DNA of 64,000 nt from Candidatus Marinacidobacterales bacterium (GTDB lineage Bacteria; Acidobacteriota; Vicinamibacteria; Marinacidobacterales; DATDRI01): NCBI GenBank assembly GCA_965219415.1, contig CBDCNP010000002.1, positions 448,001 to 512,000 of the forward strand, written 5' to 3'. Below the pieces are notes generated by a model. It saw only the letters and a list, made by a program, of their open reading frames with translations, did not search any database and was not told the origin of the DNA. Both the position numbers and the translations under genes were made by a program. This document shows positions 9,398-19,076 of this stretch, piece after piece. Numbering within the stretch: position 1 is the first letter of the stretch; every line of letters starts with the position of its first letter.

Positions 9398-11671
9398 ATG
9401 AAGGGAGCGTGGCCGACCCTTATTGTGCTGGTTGCGATCGCGACTGGGCCATCTCGAGGAATCGATGCGGCTCCGGCTCCGAGCCTATTGCTCATCACGA
9501 TCGACACCCTCCGCGCCGACCACTTGGGTGCCTACGGTCGGCGTTCCGCCGAGACGCCCAACCTCGATAGACTCGCCTCCTCCGGTCTTCTGGTCGAGAA
9601 CGCGTTCACTCATAGCCCGGTGACGCTCTCTTCCCATGCGGTCTTGTTGACGGGTCGCCTCCCCTTCCAGACGGGTGTGAGAAGCAACTCTCTTTATCGG
9701 CTCGCGGACGCCGAGACCACGATGGCGGAGATGCTACGCGGACGAGGGTACCGCACCGCGGCCTTCGTTTCGGCGGCCGCCTTGGACAACCGTTTCGGTT
9801 TGGGACAAGGTTTCGAAGTTTACGACGATGAGATGAACCCGACAGAAGGCGGCCAGCTGATCGCCGAGCGGAGCGCCGGGGAGGTCGTACGCACCGCACT
9901 CGAATGGCTCGATGACGTCGATCCGTCACCCTTTTTCCTTTGGGTCCATTTCTTCGACCCCCACCACCCTTACAGCCCGCCCGAGCCCTTTCGATCCCGG
10001 TTTGCGGATTCCCTTTACGAAGGCGAGATCGCCTATACCGATCGGGAAATCGGACGGCTACTCGAAGCCATCGATCTCGCCAACACCGTGGTCGTGACGA
10101 CCGCCGACCATGGGGAAAGCTTGGGCGAGCACGGAGAGCAGACACACGGCATCTTCGTCTACGACGCGACCCTCCGCGTCCCCCTCATCCTCGCCGGTCC
10201 CGGCATCTCCCCGGCTCGGATGCAACAAGGGCCCGTCGGCTTGGTGGATGTACTTCCGACCGTGCTGGAGAAGCTTGCCATCGAACGACCACCCAAACTG
10301 GCTGGCAAAGACGTTCTAAGCGAAGGTCCCTCTGATCTCCTCTACGCCGAAACCTATATGACACGGGATTTCTACAACTGGAGTCCCCTGAGAGCCGTGC
10401 GCTCGACACGCGCCAAATTCATCGAAGCGCCGCGGTCCGAGCTATACGACCTCGTCGCGGATCCCGGCGAGACCAAGAACCTAGTCGAGGAGAGGCAAAG
10501 GACGGCGCGTCAACTCTCAGAAAAACTCAGCGAATTTGCTGATTCAGAAGACGCAAAGGCCACATCCTTCCAACCGGACGCGAAGCTGCTGTCCGAGCTT
10601 CAGAGTTTGGGATACGTCGGCGGAGGAGTTCCGGCGAACGCCCGTCCGGCAGACGAGCGACGGCTACCCGACCCCAAAGACAAGATTGGCATCGTCACCG
10701 ACCTGGACGATGCAATCAGTTTGTTCGGCACGAAGCGATTCGAGGAAGCTGCCGTCATTCTTCGCGAGATCCTTCGGGTCGATCCAACGAATTTTCTCGC
10801 GTCCCACTACCTGGGAGAGACACTCTTCGAGCTCTCGTCGCCCCGCCAAGCGATCGAGGCCTACCAACAAGCCATCGAGCAAGGCAACGAAACGCCGTAT
10901 CACCGTTTTCGCCTCGGTTTGCTCTACGAACAGCTGAAGGAGTATCCGGCCGGGGCCGACCAGTTCGGTCGAGCCATCGATCTCGACCCCGATGCGGCGC
11001 GCGAGGTTCTGAAGCGCGCACGCGATTTGCTTCAAGCAGGAGAAGTAGACGGAGGCCTTCAATACCTGAGCATGCTCGAAGAGCGTGGCGGCGGTGGCAC
11101 CTCACTTGGTCTGCTGCTCGCTAGCGCTTGGGAGCGCAAGGGCGAGACCGGGAAGGCGCTGGCCGCCATCGATCGTGCCCTAGAAGCGGATGCCTCCAAC
11201 CCGACCCTTCTCGCGACGCGAGGGCGTCTACTAATTGAGCTTGGCCGAACCGAAGAGGCGGTTGGCGCGCTCGAGCAAGCGTCGCCAGGACTAGAGGACC
11301 CCACCGAGAAAGCGGCGGTCGTCAAGACGCTGGCGACTCTTTATGGGAACAAGGGAGAGCTCGAGAAGGCGATCGCCTATTTCGAGCAAGCCGCGACCCT
11401 CACCCCAAACGACTCAGAGATCATGGCGAATCTGGCGCTGACTCTCGTGCGCGCCGGGCGAACGAGCGAGGCGCTCGAGCCCCTGACCCGCGCCATCGAG
11501 CTCCGGCCGGAGGAGGTGCGTCTACTCAATCTCAAGGCGGAGATCCTCTACAGGGAGGGAAAGCTAGAGGGCAGCCGCGATCTGTTGCGCCGTTCGCTCG
11601 CTCTCCGCCCCGATCAGCCTCGCATCAAAGCGGCGCTCGCCGAGGTCGAGGCCAAACTCGAGTCGCCGTAA
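9398..11671 (+). CDS. Sulfatase-like hydrolase with C-terminal TPR repeats
   Basis: Signal peptide; LLITIDTLRADH, WVHFFDPH, TADHGE, LRVPLI and ELYDL..DPGE motifs; followed by several TPR-like helices. Confidence 0.92.
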   Translation: MKGAWPTLIVLVAIATGPSRGIDAAPAPSLLLITIDTLRADHLGAYGRRSAETPNLDRLASSGLLVENAFTHSPVTLSSHAVLLTGRLPFQTGVRSNSLYRLADAETTMAEMLRGRGYRTAAFVSAAALDNRFGLGQGFEVYDDEMNPTEGGQLIAERSAGEVVRTALEWLDDVDPSPFFLWVHFFDPHHPYSPPEPFRSRFADSLYEGEIAYTDREIGRLLEAIDLANTVVVTTADHGESLGEHGEQTHGIFVYDATLRVPLILAGPGISPARMQQGPVGLVDVLPTVLEKLAIERPPKLAGKDVLSEGPSDLLYAETYMTRDFYNWSPLRAVRSTRAKFIEAPRSELYDLVADPGETKNLVEERQRTARQLSEKLSEFADSEDAKATSFQPDAKLLSELQSLGYVGGGVPANARPADERRLPDPKDKIGIVTDLDDAISLFGTKRFEEAAVILREILRVDPTNFLASHYLGETLFELSSPRQAIEAYQQAIEQGNETPYHRFRLGLLYEQLKEYPAGADQFGRAIDLDPDAAREVLKRARDLLQAGEVDGGLQYLSMLEERGGGGTSLGLLLASAWERKGETGKALAAIDRALEADASNPTLLATRGRLLIELGRTEEAVGALEQASPGLEDPTEKAAVVKTLATLYGNKGELEKAIAYFEQAATLTPNDSEIMANLALTLVRAGRTSEALEPLTRAIELRPEEVRLLNLKAEILYREGKLEGSRDLLRRSLALRPDQPRIKAALAEVEAKLESP

Positions 11672-11701
11672 CGCGCCATAACGAAATGAGGAGTGCCTAT
11701 C

Positions 11702-12166
11702 ATGTCTAATAGGGTGAGCGGGACTAGTGCAAAGTCCGTTGTATTCCTGTTCGTCGTCCTGTTTCATATTGGATGTGCCGGCAAAACTGAAAACCAACGT
11801 CTCGCACCGAGCGAACACGAAGAGTTTACTCAATATATGGTCGAGGGCCAGAACCTCTACAACCTAAACTGCGCCAATTGTCATCAACACAATGGAAAAG
11901 GACTGGGGAGGGTGTTCCCCCCGCTGAAAGATTCCGATTATATGGAGGCGAATTTCAATCAAGTCATCTGTCTTATCAAAAACGGGCGGGAAGGAGAAAT
12001 GACTGTAAATGGGATTCTGTTCAACGAACCGATGCCCGGTACACCTCACCTGACGAATTTGGAGTTTGCAGAAGTCACGACCTATATCTACAACGCATGG
12101 AGTCACAAGAAAGGCATGATTACGGTGAGTGAAGTAGAGACGGTGCTGGAGAATTCCTGTGAGTGA
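11702..12166 (+). CDS. Monoheme c-type cytochrome (probable lipoprotein)
   Basis: CANCH heme motif, FPPL, distal MPG Met; lipobox-like LFHIGC. Visibly more AT-rich than its neighbours. Confidence 0.88.
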   Translation: MSNRVSGTSAKSVVFLFVVLFHIGCAGKTENQRLAPSEHEEFTQYMVEGQNLYNLNCANCHQHNGKGLGRVFPPLKDSDYMEANFNQVICLIKNGREGEMTVNGILFNEPMPGTPHLTNLEFAEVTTYIYNAWSHKKGMITVSEVETVLENSCE

Positions 12167-12230
12167 TTCGTATTCCCTTGACACTTTCAAACCCAGAGCC
12201 TAAGGTGAGAATCTTCAAAGGAGGGCGGAC

Positions 12231-13475
12231 GTGTGCGGTTCGAGACGGCGATTTCTAAAGACCGGGTTCTTGGGCCTTATCGGTCTCGGGGCGGCCGTAC
12301 GGTCCTCCGGCCAGAGTGGCGCGAAACCTCACGTGCTCGTTGCCGGCGCCGGCGCGTTCGGAGGATGGACGGCGCTTTATCTTCTCCGCCAAGGTGCTCG
12401 CGTCACCCTCGTCGACCCTTGGGGGCCAGGAAACTCCCGATCGAGCTCCGGCGGCGAGACGCGCAACATAACGGGTGACTACGGGTCGCCCGAGGTCTAT
12501 CGGAATTGGGCCCGGCGCGCCCTGCCTCTTTGGCAAGAGCACCAGAAGCAATGGAACGTCCCGCTTTATCGACCGGCCGGGGCCCTATGGATGGTTCGCG
12601 GGAGCCTTGGAGCCGGCGACTCGGCGACCGACCGGACGGCAGACTACACGAAATGGGTTGATGAAGACGTTGGGGGTGGTGAGAAATTGACGCCAGACGA
12701 TGCGCACGCGCGTTTTCCCCAAATTCATTTCGACGGGGTCCGTACGACTTTCTACGAGAAAGAAGCAGGCTTCTTGATGGCCCGTCGTGCGTGTCGAGCT
12801 GTGCTCGATGGATTCTCAGCGGAAGGAGGAGTCTATCGACAAGCTTCGGTCGTCTCTACCCAAATCAAGGGCGGGGAGATGCAGGGAGTGACGCTCAGCG
12901 ATGGCTCACAGATCGAAGCGGGGCGCTACGTCTTCGCCTGCGGCCCCTGGTTGGCAAAGCTGTTCCCGAACGTAGTTGGGCCACACTTGAAGATTACGCG
13001 ACAGGAAGTCTATTACCTCGAGACGCCAGAGGGAGACGAGCGCTTCCGGGAAGGCCACCTGCCGCACTGGGTCGACTGGGGAGAGGAGATTTGGTGGGGA
13101 GTGCCCGCCCACCAGCAGTGGGGATTTACGGTCGCCGACCATAGGCTCGGGCCACGCTTCGATCCGACTTCTGGTGACCGACAGATCACCATGCCCGCCA
13201 TGGAAGCAGCGCGTAAGCACGTGGGTTTCCGCTTCCCGGGAATGAAGGGGGCTCCCTACATCGGCGGACGAGTTTGTCAGTACACGAGCACTCCGGACGG
13301 CGACTACATCATCGATCGCCATCCGGAGGCGGAAAACGCCTGGATCACCGGCGGGGGTTCCGGCACCGGCTTTCACGCCGGACCGGCTCGCGGTCAGGAC
13401 GTGGCCAAGTATGTCCTTGGGGAGGGCTCGCCGGATCCGCGGTTTTCGCTGTCTCGATTTTCCAAGAACCCGTAA
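12231..13475 (+). CDS. Tat-exported FAD-dependent oxidoreductase (monomeric sarcosine oxidase/SolA-like)
   Basis: SRRRFLK Tat motif, VAGAGAFG dinucleotide fold, SSGGETR, ACGPW and CQYTSTPDGDYIIDRHP motifs. Confidence 0.88.
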   Translation: MCGSRRRFLKTGFLGLIGLGAAVRSSGQSGAKPHVLVAGAGAFGGWTALYLLRQGARVTLVDPWGPGNSRSSSGGETRNITGDYGSPEVYRNWARRALPLWQEHQKQWNVPLYRPAGALWMVRGSLGAGDSATDRTADYTKWVDEDVGGGEKLTPDDAHARFPQIHFDGVRTTFYEKEAGFLMARRACRAVLDGFSAEGGVYRQASVVSTQIKGGEMQGVTLSDGSQIEAGRYVFACGPWLAKLFPNVVGPHLKITRQEVYYLETPEGDERFREGHLPHWVDWGEEIWWGVPAHQQWGFTVADHRLGPRFDPTSGDRQITMPAMEAARKHVGFRFPGMKGAPYIGGRVCQYTSTPDGDYIIDRHPEAENAWITGGGSGTGFHAGPARGQDVAKYVLGEGSPDPRFSLSRFSKNP

Positions 13476-13481
13476 CGACGA

Positions 13482-14435
13482 TCAGCTTGCGCCGTTAACG
13501 GGAATGACCATCGCATCTTCCCCGATGACGATCGGGCCGGTAAAGTTTTCTTTGGCCTCGCCGAGGATCTGCGACCAAATCTGCGGCCCCCGACGCGGGC
13601 CGTAGTACATCGACGCCATTTCGATAGCGGCGGGAGGGCTGTCGTACGGCCCCAGATGGGTCAGAACCAGTTTCTTGGCGCCGGCCCGTTTCGCGATATA
13701 TCCCGCTCCGCGAGGCCCGGTGTGCCCGGTCCATGCCACCTTCTCGGCTCCTTTTTTTCCTTCAGTGTTCTGCCGGTAGTCCAAGATGTCCTCCAGGAAG
13801 GTGCATTCGTGAACGAGTACATCGACATCCTTGGATAACTCGACCATGGCGTCGCAGGGCTCGGTATCCCCACTAAAAGCCGCCGAGCCGTACTCGCTGT
13901 CGATTCTGTATGCATAGGAAGACCGTTCGAAGCCAAGCGGCTGGAGGTGAACAATCTCGCGCGAGGTCACTTTGAACTTATCGGTCTCCACGATGGTTCC
14001 TTCGTGGATCTCCTTCACTTCGATCGGCGGGTCGTACCGGGGGCGATTCGTAATGTGGTCGGGTAGTTGGTCGATGTAGCGCCTCACGAACTCGACGTCG
14101 ATGTGGTGCGCTTCCAACATGCCGTCAGACATGCGTTTCGTCCCCACCGGCCCAAAAACCTTGATCGGGGTCGACTTGCCGCAGTTCCAAGTGCTGAACA
14201 AGAGGTAGTTGTAGTCGACCATGTGATCCCAGTGCAGGTGGGTGATGAACAAGTAGTTGACATCGAGAGGGTTGATACCTGCACGGACCAGGTTGACGGT
14301 GGCGCGTTCGCCGCAGTCGACCACCATCACTTCGCCGTCGATCACCACCGCCTGAGACGGATTTCCCCGCACCGGATCCGGAACCGCGGAGCCCGCGCCC
14401 AACAAGACGACGCTCATTCCCTTCCAGTCGTTCAT
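13482..14435 (-). CDS. MBL-fold metallo-hydrolase (RNase Z/AtsA-like)
   Basis: LLGAGSAVP, VDCG, THLHWDH, FSGDT, VHEC, GHT and LTHL motifs. Confidence 0.9.
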   Translation of the reverse strand: MNDWKGMSVVLLGAGSAVPDPVRGNPSQAVVIDGEVMVVDCGERATVNLVRAGINPLDVNYLFITHLHWDHMVDYNYLLFSTWNCGKSTPIKVFGPVGTKRMSDGMLEAHHIDVEFVRRYIDQLPDHITNRPRYDPPIEVKEIHEGTIVETDKFKVTSREIVHLQPLGFERSSYAYRIDSEYGSAAFSGDTEPCDAMVELSKDVDVLVHECTFLEDILDYRQNTEGKKGAEKVAWTGHTGPRGAGYIAKRAGAKKLVLTHLGPYDSPPAAIEMASMYYGPRRGPQIWSQILGEAKENFTGPIVIGEDAMVIPVNGAS

Positions 14436-14480
14436 GACGTTGCCCTCGTTCTTGTCTTGACGTTCATGTCGATCTGCTCC

Positions 14481-15935
14481 CTAATTTGCTGTCAGTACCT
14501 TCTTGATCGGAAGTTGGTCCCGGTCAACCACCTCGCCGTCTTTGAGAATCATAGCGATTTTTCTGAAATTGTTGACATCCTGCAGGGGGTCGGCATCCAG
14601 AATCACGAGATCGGCCAACTTGCCAACTTCCAACGTCCCTATCTGGTCAAGTTTGTCATAGGCGGCGGCGACGTTGCGGGTGGCCGAGACCAGAGCATCC
14701 ATGGGGGTCATCCCCTTCTGCGACATTGCCTTGAACCAAAGGAAGTGGGCCTCGCCCAGTTCTTCGGGGTGCTCTTCTCCAAAATCGGTCGGGCCGGATT
14801 CCGCCTCCGTCTTGGTGGGGTTTGAAACCCCCGCGTCGGTAGCCAGCGCGAAGGCCACACCGGCCCGAATGTACCGAATGATGTTCTCATTCTGAACTCG
14901 GGTGTGCTCCCGCGCACGATATAGAAGGTCAGGGTTGGCCAGCGCGAACTCTAGCCGTTTGTCGGTGTGCGGAAGTTCAGCGGCGTAGATATTCTTGTCG
15001 AGAATCATCTTGATGGTCGAGTCTGGAATTGGTGTAGGACCCGTCTCGCTGCCGTGTTGCAACAGGTCGACCCCTAAGTACGCCGCTTCCCGGAGGCTCT
15101 CCACCGACGTCGTGTGCGTTTGGACCGTGATACCTGCCCTTCGGCACTCTGCGACGATCTGCTTTTGTGCTTCAAGACTGAACAACAGCATGGCGTTCAT
15201 ACCCAACGATTTGGGCAACCCGGAACACCCGGTGCAATCGTGGCCGCCCACGCCGTATTTGAGAAAATCGATCCCACGGGTGATGTATTTCCGGATTTCG
15301 ACCCCCACCTGTTCCGGGGTCATCCAAAGGAGCTCCGGACCGGAGTTCTCAGTGAACATCCAATTGATCCGCTTCACGAAATCCGAGGGGGCCGTCCAAG
15401 TTGCCGCCGCGTTGAAATCGCGACCGAAGGGGCCGCTAAAACCGACGATGTTCCCCGCTACGAACATCCGACTGCCCACCGTTTCACCGCGATTAATCCG
15501 ATCGCGAACATCCATCAGTGATTGCAAAGGACCCCAGGTGTCGAAGACGGTTGTCAATCCCTGCTTGAGTGCGATCTGCGCGGCTTCCTCGATCAGGTCA
15601 TCGAAACGACCTTCGTGGCGGGCAATGAACTCCACCGAAACGTCCCGGAACAAGTGGACGTTGGCATCCATCAGGCCCGGAATCACGTACTTACCCTGCG
15701 CATCGATCTGCTTGGCTCCGGCCGGTACCTGAACTTGCCCGCGGGGACCCACGGCGGCGATAGTTCGGCCTTCGATGACAATGACCGCGTCTTCGACCGG
15801 AGGACCCCCGTTTCCATCCATCAGGGTCGCTCCCACGATCGCGGTCTGTCCGTGACCCGTCGCCACCGATGCAAGCAGGCAGGCGAGCAACGCCGGAAAG
15901 AGGCAGATGAAATTCTTCCTTGTCATGACGTTCAT
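14481..15935 (-). CDS. Secreted amidohydrolase family protein
   Basis: Signal peptide; GKYVIPGLMDANVH, DFLK, QTH, QHG, LATD and GKLADLVILDADPL motifs. Confidence 0.9.
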   Translation of the reverse strand: MNVMTRKNFICLFPALLACLLASVATGHGQTAIVGATLMDGNGGPPVEDAVIVIEGRTIAAVGPRGQVQVPAGAKQIDAQGKYVIPGLMDANVHLFRDVSVEFIARHEGRFDDLIEEAAQIALKQGLTTVFDTWGPLQSLMDVRDRINRGETVGSRMFVAGNIVGFSGPFGRDFNAAATWTAPSDFVKRINWMFTENSGPELLWMTPEQVGVEIRKYITRGIDFLKYGVGGHDCTGCSGLPKSLGMNAMLLFSLEAQKQIVAECRRAGITVQTHTTSVESLREAAYLGVDLLQHGSETGPTPIPDSTIKMILDKNIYAAELPHTDKRLEFALANPDLLYRAREHTRVQNENIIRYIRAGVAFALATDAGVSNPTKTEAESGPTDFGEEHPEELGEAHFLWFKAMSQKGMTPMDALVSATRNVAAAYDKLDQIGTLEVGKLADLVILDADPLQDVNNFRKIAMILKDGEVVDRDQLPIKKVLTAN

Positions 15936-15949
15936 GTCGGCGGCCACTC

Positions 15950-16447
15950 CTATGAGCTCGGCTTGGTGTACTCGCCCACGCAGTCCCAAACGATCGGGCT
16001 ATCGGGACTGAACTCGCCCTTACAGGAACCCTTCCCTTTGATGCCCTTCAACTTGCCGGTGCCGCGAAAGATGGTCCACTCGTTCTTTCCGCTCACCGGC
16101 TGCCCATCCTTTAGCATCATCTTGCCTGTGTAGCGGTAGTGGGCTTGGTCCCCGTTGGCCATGGTGTCGATATGATAGCCGCTAAACGTGGACTCGTTGC
16201 CAATGGTCTCATCGGCGCTCACGCTGTAGCCCTTGGTGTTCTCGACCCCGTCGATCACCATCGGTTTGACCCAGGTGCACTGCGACTTGCTGATCGAATA
16301 GGAATGATTGGGCACGTCGCCGATCTCGATCGCGTGCTCGGGCTCACCGGGGGAACAGCGTATCGTTCCTGACATCTTAGTTTGCGCACCAGCCAATGTT
16401 GCAAGCGAGACTGCAACGAGAGCGGCGAATACGGTTTTGAACTTCAT
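15950..16447 (-). CDS. Secreted hypothetical protein (predicted all-beta)
   Basis: GGAGGAGG RBS, clear signal peptide, 4 Cys, GTGKLKGIKGKG turn reminiscent of dirigent/AOC-like barrels. Co-oriented within the operon. Confidence 0.75.
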   Translation of the reverse strand: MKFKTVFAALVAVSLATLAGAQTKMSGTIRCSPGEPEHAIEIGDVPNHSYSISKSQCTWVKPMVIDGVENTKGYSVSADETIGNESTFSGYHIDTMANGDQAHYRYTGKMMLKDGQPVSGKNEWTIFRGTGKLKGIKGKGSCKGEFSPDSPIVWDCVGEYTKPSS

Positions 16448-16489
16448 CAGAACCTCCTCCTTGAACGGTAGGTCGGCGAGAAATGTGAC

Positions 16490-17527
16490 TCAGGAATCGG
16501 CAAATTGCGGTATGACCTTCTCCCCAAAGAGCCGGAGGCTGGACATTGCCTCCTCCATACTCGGGCCGGTTCCGTAGCGACTGCGGAAGATCACGTAGTC
16601 GACGCCAATTTCTTCTTTGAGGCGCTCAATCTGATCGGTGACCTCTTCGGGTGTCCCCAGTAGGAGGTTCGGCCGGACATCTTCGCGCTTGAAGTCTTCC
16701 TCCTTCTTCAGCCGCTCCGCCATCCCGAACCATTCATCCTCTCGGCCCGGAAAACTGGAGAAATAGAACCAAAGTTCCTCCCTCCCGTACTTCCAGAAGG
16801 TCTCCTCGACTTCCTTCGCCTTGGCTCGGTTCGGTGAGACGAAACCGTCACGCCAGAGAATCACCTCTGGCCGATTCCCTCTTTGCTTCGCCAGGCCGCG
16901 ATAAATCTGCGTCCACTCCTTTGCAACATCAACAGGAAGATAGGCCGACAAAAAGACCGGCAACCCCAGCCTGGCCGCCCGACGGAACCCGAAGGGAGTT
17001 CCTGCGCCTAGCCAGATGGGGGGATGAGGTTTCTGGATGGGCTTCGGCGTCACCCGTTCGTTCTGGAAGCTGTAGTTTCTCCCGTAGAAGGAGAACACGT
17101 CCTCGGTCCAGGCTCTCTGTAAGATCTCGATACCTTCCTCGAAGATCGACACCTGGTTCTTGATCTTCAGCCCATGGCGAATGAATTCCCGTTCCGCATT
17201 GGAGATTCCTAGACCCAGGATAAGACGTCCGTTGGACAAGACGTCCAGCATGGCGGCGTCTTCGGCCACATGGAGAGGATGGTAGAACGGGAGCAGAAAC
17301 ACTCCCGTGCCGACTTTGAGCCTCGTGGTTTGACCGGCGATGAACGCGCAGGTGATCAACGGCGAGGGGTTGTAGCCGTCGATGATGCCGTGGTGCTCGG
17401 CGGTGAAGCAGGAATCGAAACCGACTTCTTCGCAGAACTTGGCCACCTCGAGATTCTCCAGCCACATTTGGCGAACGTTCCCGCCTCGCGGCGGGTCCCG
17501 AAACCGGAGAACAAAACCGAACTTCAT
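16490..17527 (-). CDS. LLM-class flavin-dependent oxidoreductase (luciferase-like monooxygenase)
   Basis: GFDSCFTAEHHG, HPLHVAEDAAMLDVLSNGRLILGLG, PKPIQKPHPPIW and GTPEEV motifs. Confidence 0.93.
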   Translation of the reverse strand: MKFGFVLRFRDPPRGGNVRQMWLENLEVAKFCEEVGFDSCFTAEHHGIIDGYNPSPLITCAFIAGQTTRLKVGTGVFLLPFYHPLHVAEDAAMLDVLSNGRLILGLGISNAEREFIRHGLKIKNQVSIFEEGIEILQRAWTEDVFSFYGRNYSFQNERVTPKPIQKPHPPIWLGAGTPFGFRRAARLGLPVFLSAYLPVDVAKEWTQIYRGLAKQRGNRPEVILWRDGFVSPNRAKAKEVEETFWKYGREELWFYFSSFPGREDEWFGMAERLKKEEDFKREDVRPNLLLGTPEEVTDQIERLKEEIGVDYVIFRSRYGTGPSMEEAMSSLRLFGEKVIPQFADS

Positions 17528-17548
17528 GGCCTGAGCATCTAGAAACGT

Positions 17549-19003
17549 CTAGCGGCGAGCGGTCAACACTTTCTTGATGGGCAGTTCATCCCGATTCACG
17601 ACCTGCCCGTCCTTCATGATGATATTGATCCGTCTGATGTTGTCCGTGTCCTCAAGGGGGTCGGCATCCAGGACGAGCAGATCGGCCAGCTTGCCAGGCT
17701 CCAAGGTCCCGAGCTCGTCCAACTTGTCGTAGGCCGCGGCATTGTTTCGCGTCGCGGCGACGATGGCGTCCATCGGTGTCATCCCTTTTTCCGCCATCGC
17801 CTTGAACCAAACGAAATGGGCGTCCCCCAGTCCCTCAGGATGATCCTCCTTGAGCTCCTCCTTGCCCGATTCCACCTCGGTCTTGATGGGGTTCGACACC
17901 CCTGCGTCGGTGGCGAGCAATAAAGGCACGCCGGACTGAATCAATCTTACGATGTTCTCGTGTTTGATGGAGACAAATTTCTTGGGCCGCTGAAGTATCT
18001 CGCTTTCCTCAATTTCCCTCTCCATACGCTTCCGAGTCCGCGGCTGCACGGCGCAGTAGATTTTCTTCTCGGCCATCAAATCAATGGTGGAATCCGGAAT
18101 CGCCGTGGGCCCGGTGTAGTTCCCGTGTTGCATCATGTCGACACCTAGCTCGACGGCCTGCCGTAGGCTCTCGACGGAGCTGGTATGGGTCTGGACCGTA
18201 ATCCCAGCCCGTCGACACTCGTCGATCATCGCCTGCTGCTGTTCCGGAGTGAACATGAGTAAGGCGCTCAACTCCAACGCCCTGGGGAACCCGGAGCATC
18301 CCCAGCAATCGTGGGCGCTCACCCCGTACTTGAGGAAATCGATTCCCCGCGCGATGTACTTCCGGGTCTCCACGCCAACCTGCTCCGGCGTCATCCAAGA
18401 GAGCTCCGGACCCATGTTCTCGGTGAACATCCAATTGATCCGCTTCGCGAAATCCGAGGCGACGCTCCAGCTTGCAACGGCGTTGAACTCGCGGCCGAAG
18501 GGACCGCTGAAACCAACGATGTTGCCGGCTACGAACACCCGACTGCCCACGGTTTCGCCCCGGTTGATGCGGTCACGAACGTTCATCAGCTGTTGTAACG
18601 GACCCCACGTATCGAAGACCGTCGTCACCCCCCCTTTCAAGGCAACCTGCGCGGCCTCCTCGATGAGGTCCTCGAAACGGTCTTCGTAGCGGGCGATGAA
18701 CTCCACCGAAACGTCCCGGAACAAGTGGACATTGGCATCCATTAGTCCGGGGATGACGTACTTCCCACTCCCGTCGATCTCGCGCGTGTCCGCCGGAACC
18801 TGGACCTCGCTCCGAGGCCCCACCGCCTTGATCTTCGTTCCCTCAATGACGATGACCGAGTCCGGTACCGGTTTTCCACCCGTTCCGTCGATCAGCGTAG
18901 CGCCTACGATCGCCGTCGATTCCTGGGCGTAAAGGGTAACGAAGCCAACTAGTATGAGCAGCCCGCATATCGCTGCCGCCCGCCACTGTTCGCGTCTTTT
19001 CAT
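17549..19003 (-). CDS. Secreted amidohydrolase family protein (paralog of 14481..15935)
   Basis: GKYVIPGLMDANVHLFRDVSVEFIAR is shared verbatim with the paralog; LATDAG and GKLADL motifs. Confidence 0.9.
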   Translation of the reverse strand: MKRREQWRAAAICGLLILVGFVTLYAQESTAIVGATLIDGTGGKPVPDSVIVIEGTKIKAVGPRSEVQVPADTREIDGSGKYVIPGLMDANVHLFRDVSVEFIARYEDRFEDLIEEAAQVALKGGVTTVFDTWGPLQQLMNVRDRINRGETVGSRVFVAGNIVGFSGPFGREFNAVASWSVASDFAKRINWMFTENMGPELSWMTPEQVGVETRKYIARGIDFLKYGVSAHDCWGCSGFPRALELSALLMFTPEQQQAMIDECRRAGITVQTHTSSVESLRQAVELGVDMMQHGNYTGPTAIPDSTIDLMAEKKIYCAVQPRTRKRMEREIEESEILQRPKKFVSIKHENIVRLIQSGVPLLLATDAGVSNPIKTEVESGKEELKEDHPEGLGDAHFVWFKAMAEKGMTPMDAIVAATRNNAAAYDKLDELGTLEPGKLADLLVLDADPLEDTDNIRRINIIMKDGQVVNRDELPIKKVLTARR

Positions 19004-19076
19004 GCCATGCTCTCCGTCCCCGCGTAGAGACACAAACCCCCCCGCTAGATGCCCCTTGACTCAGTCTTAACTATCC

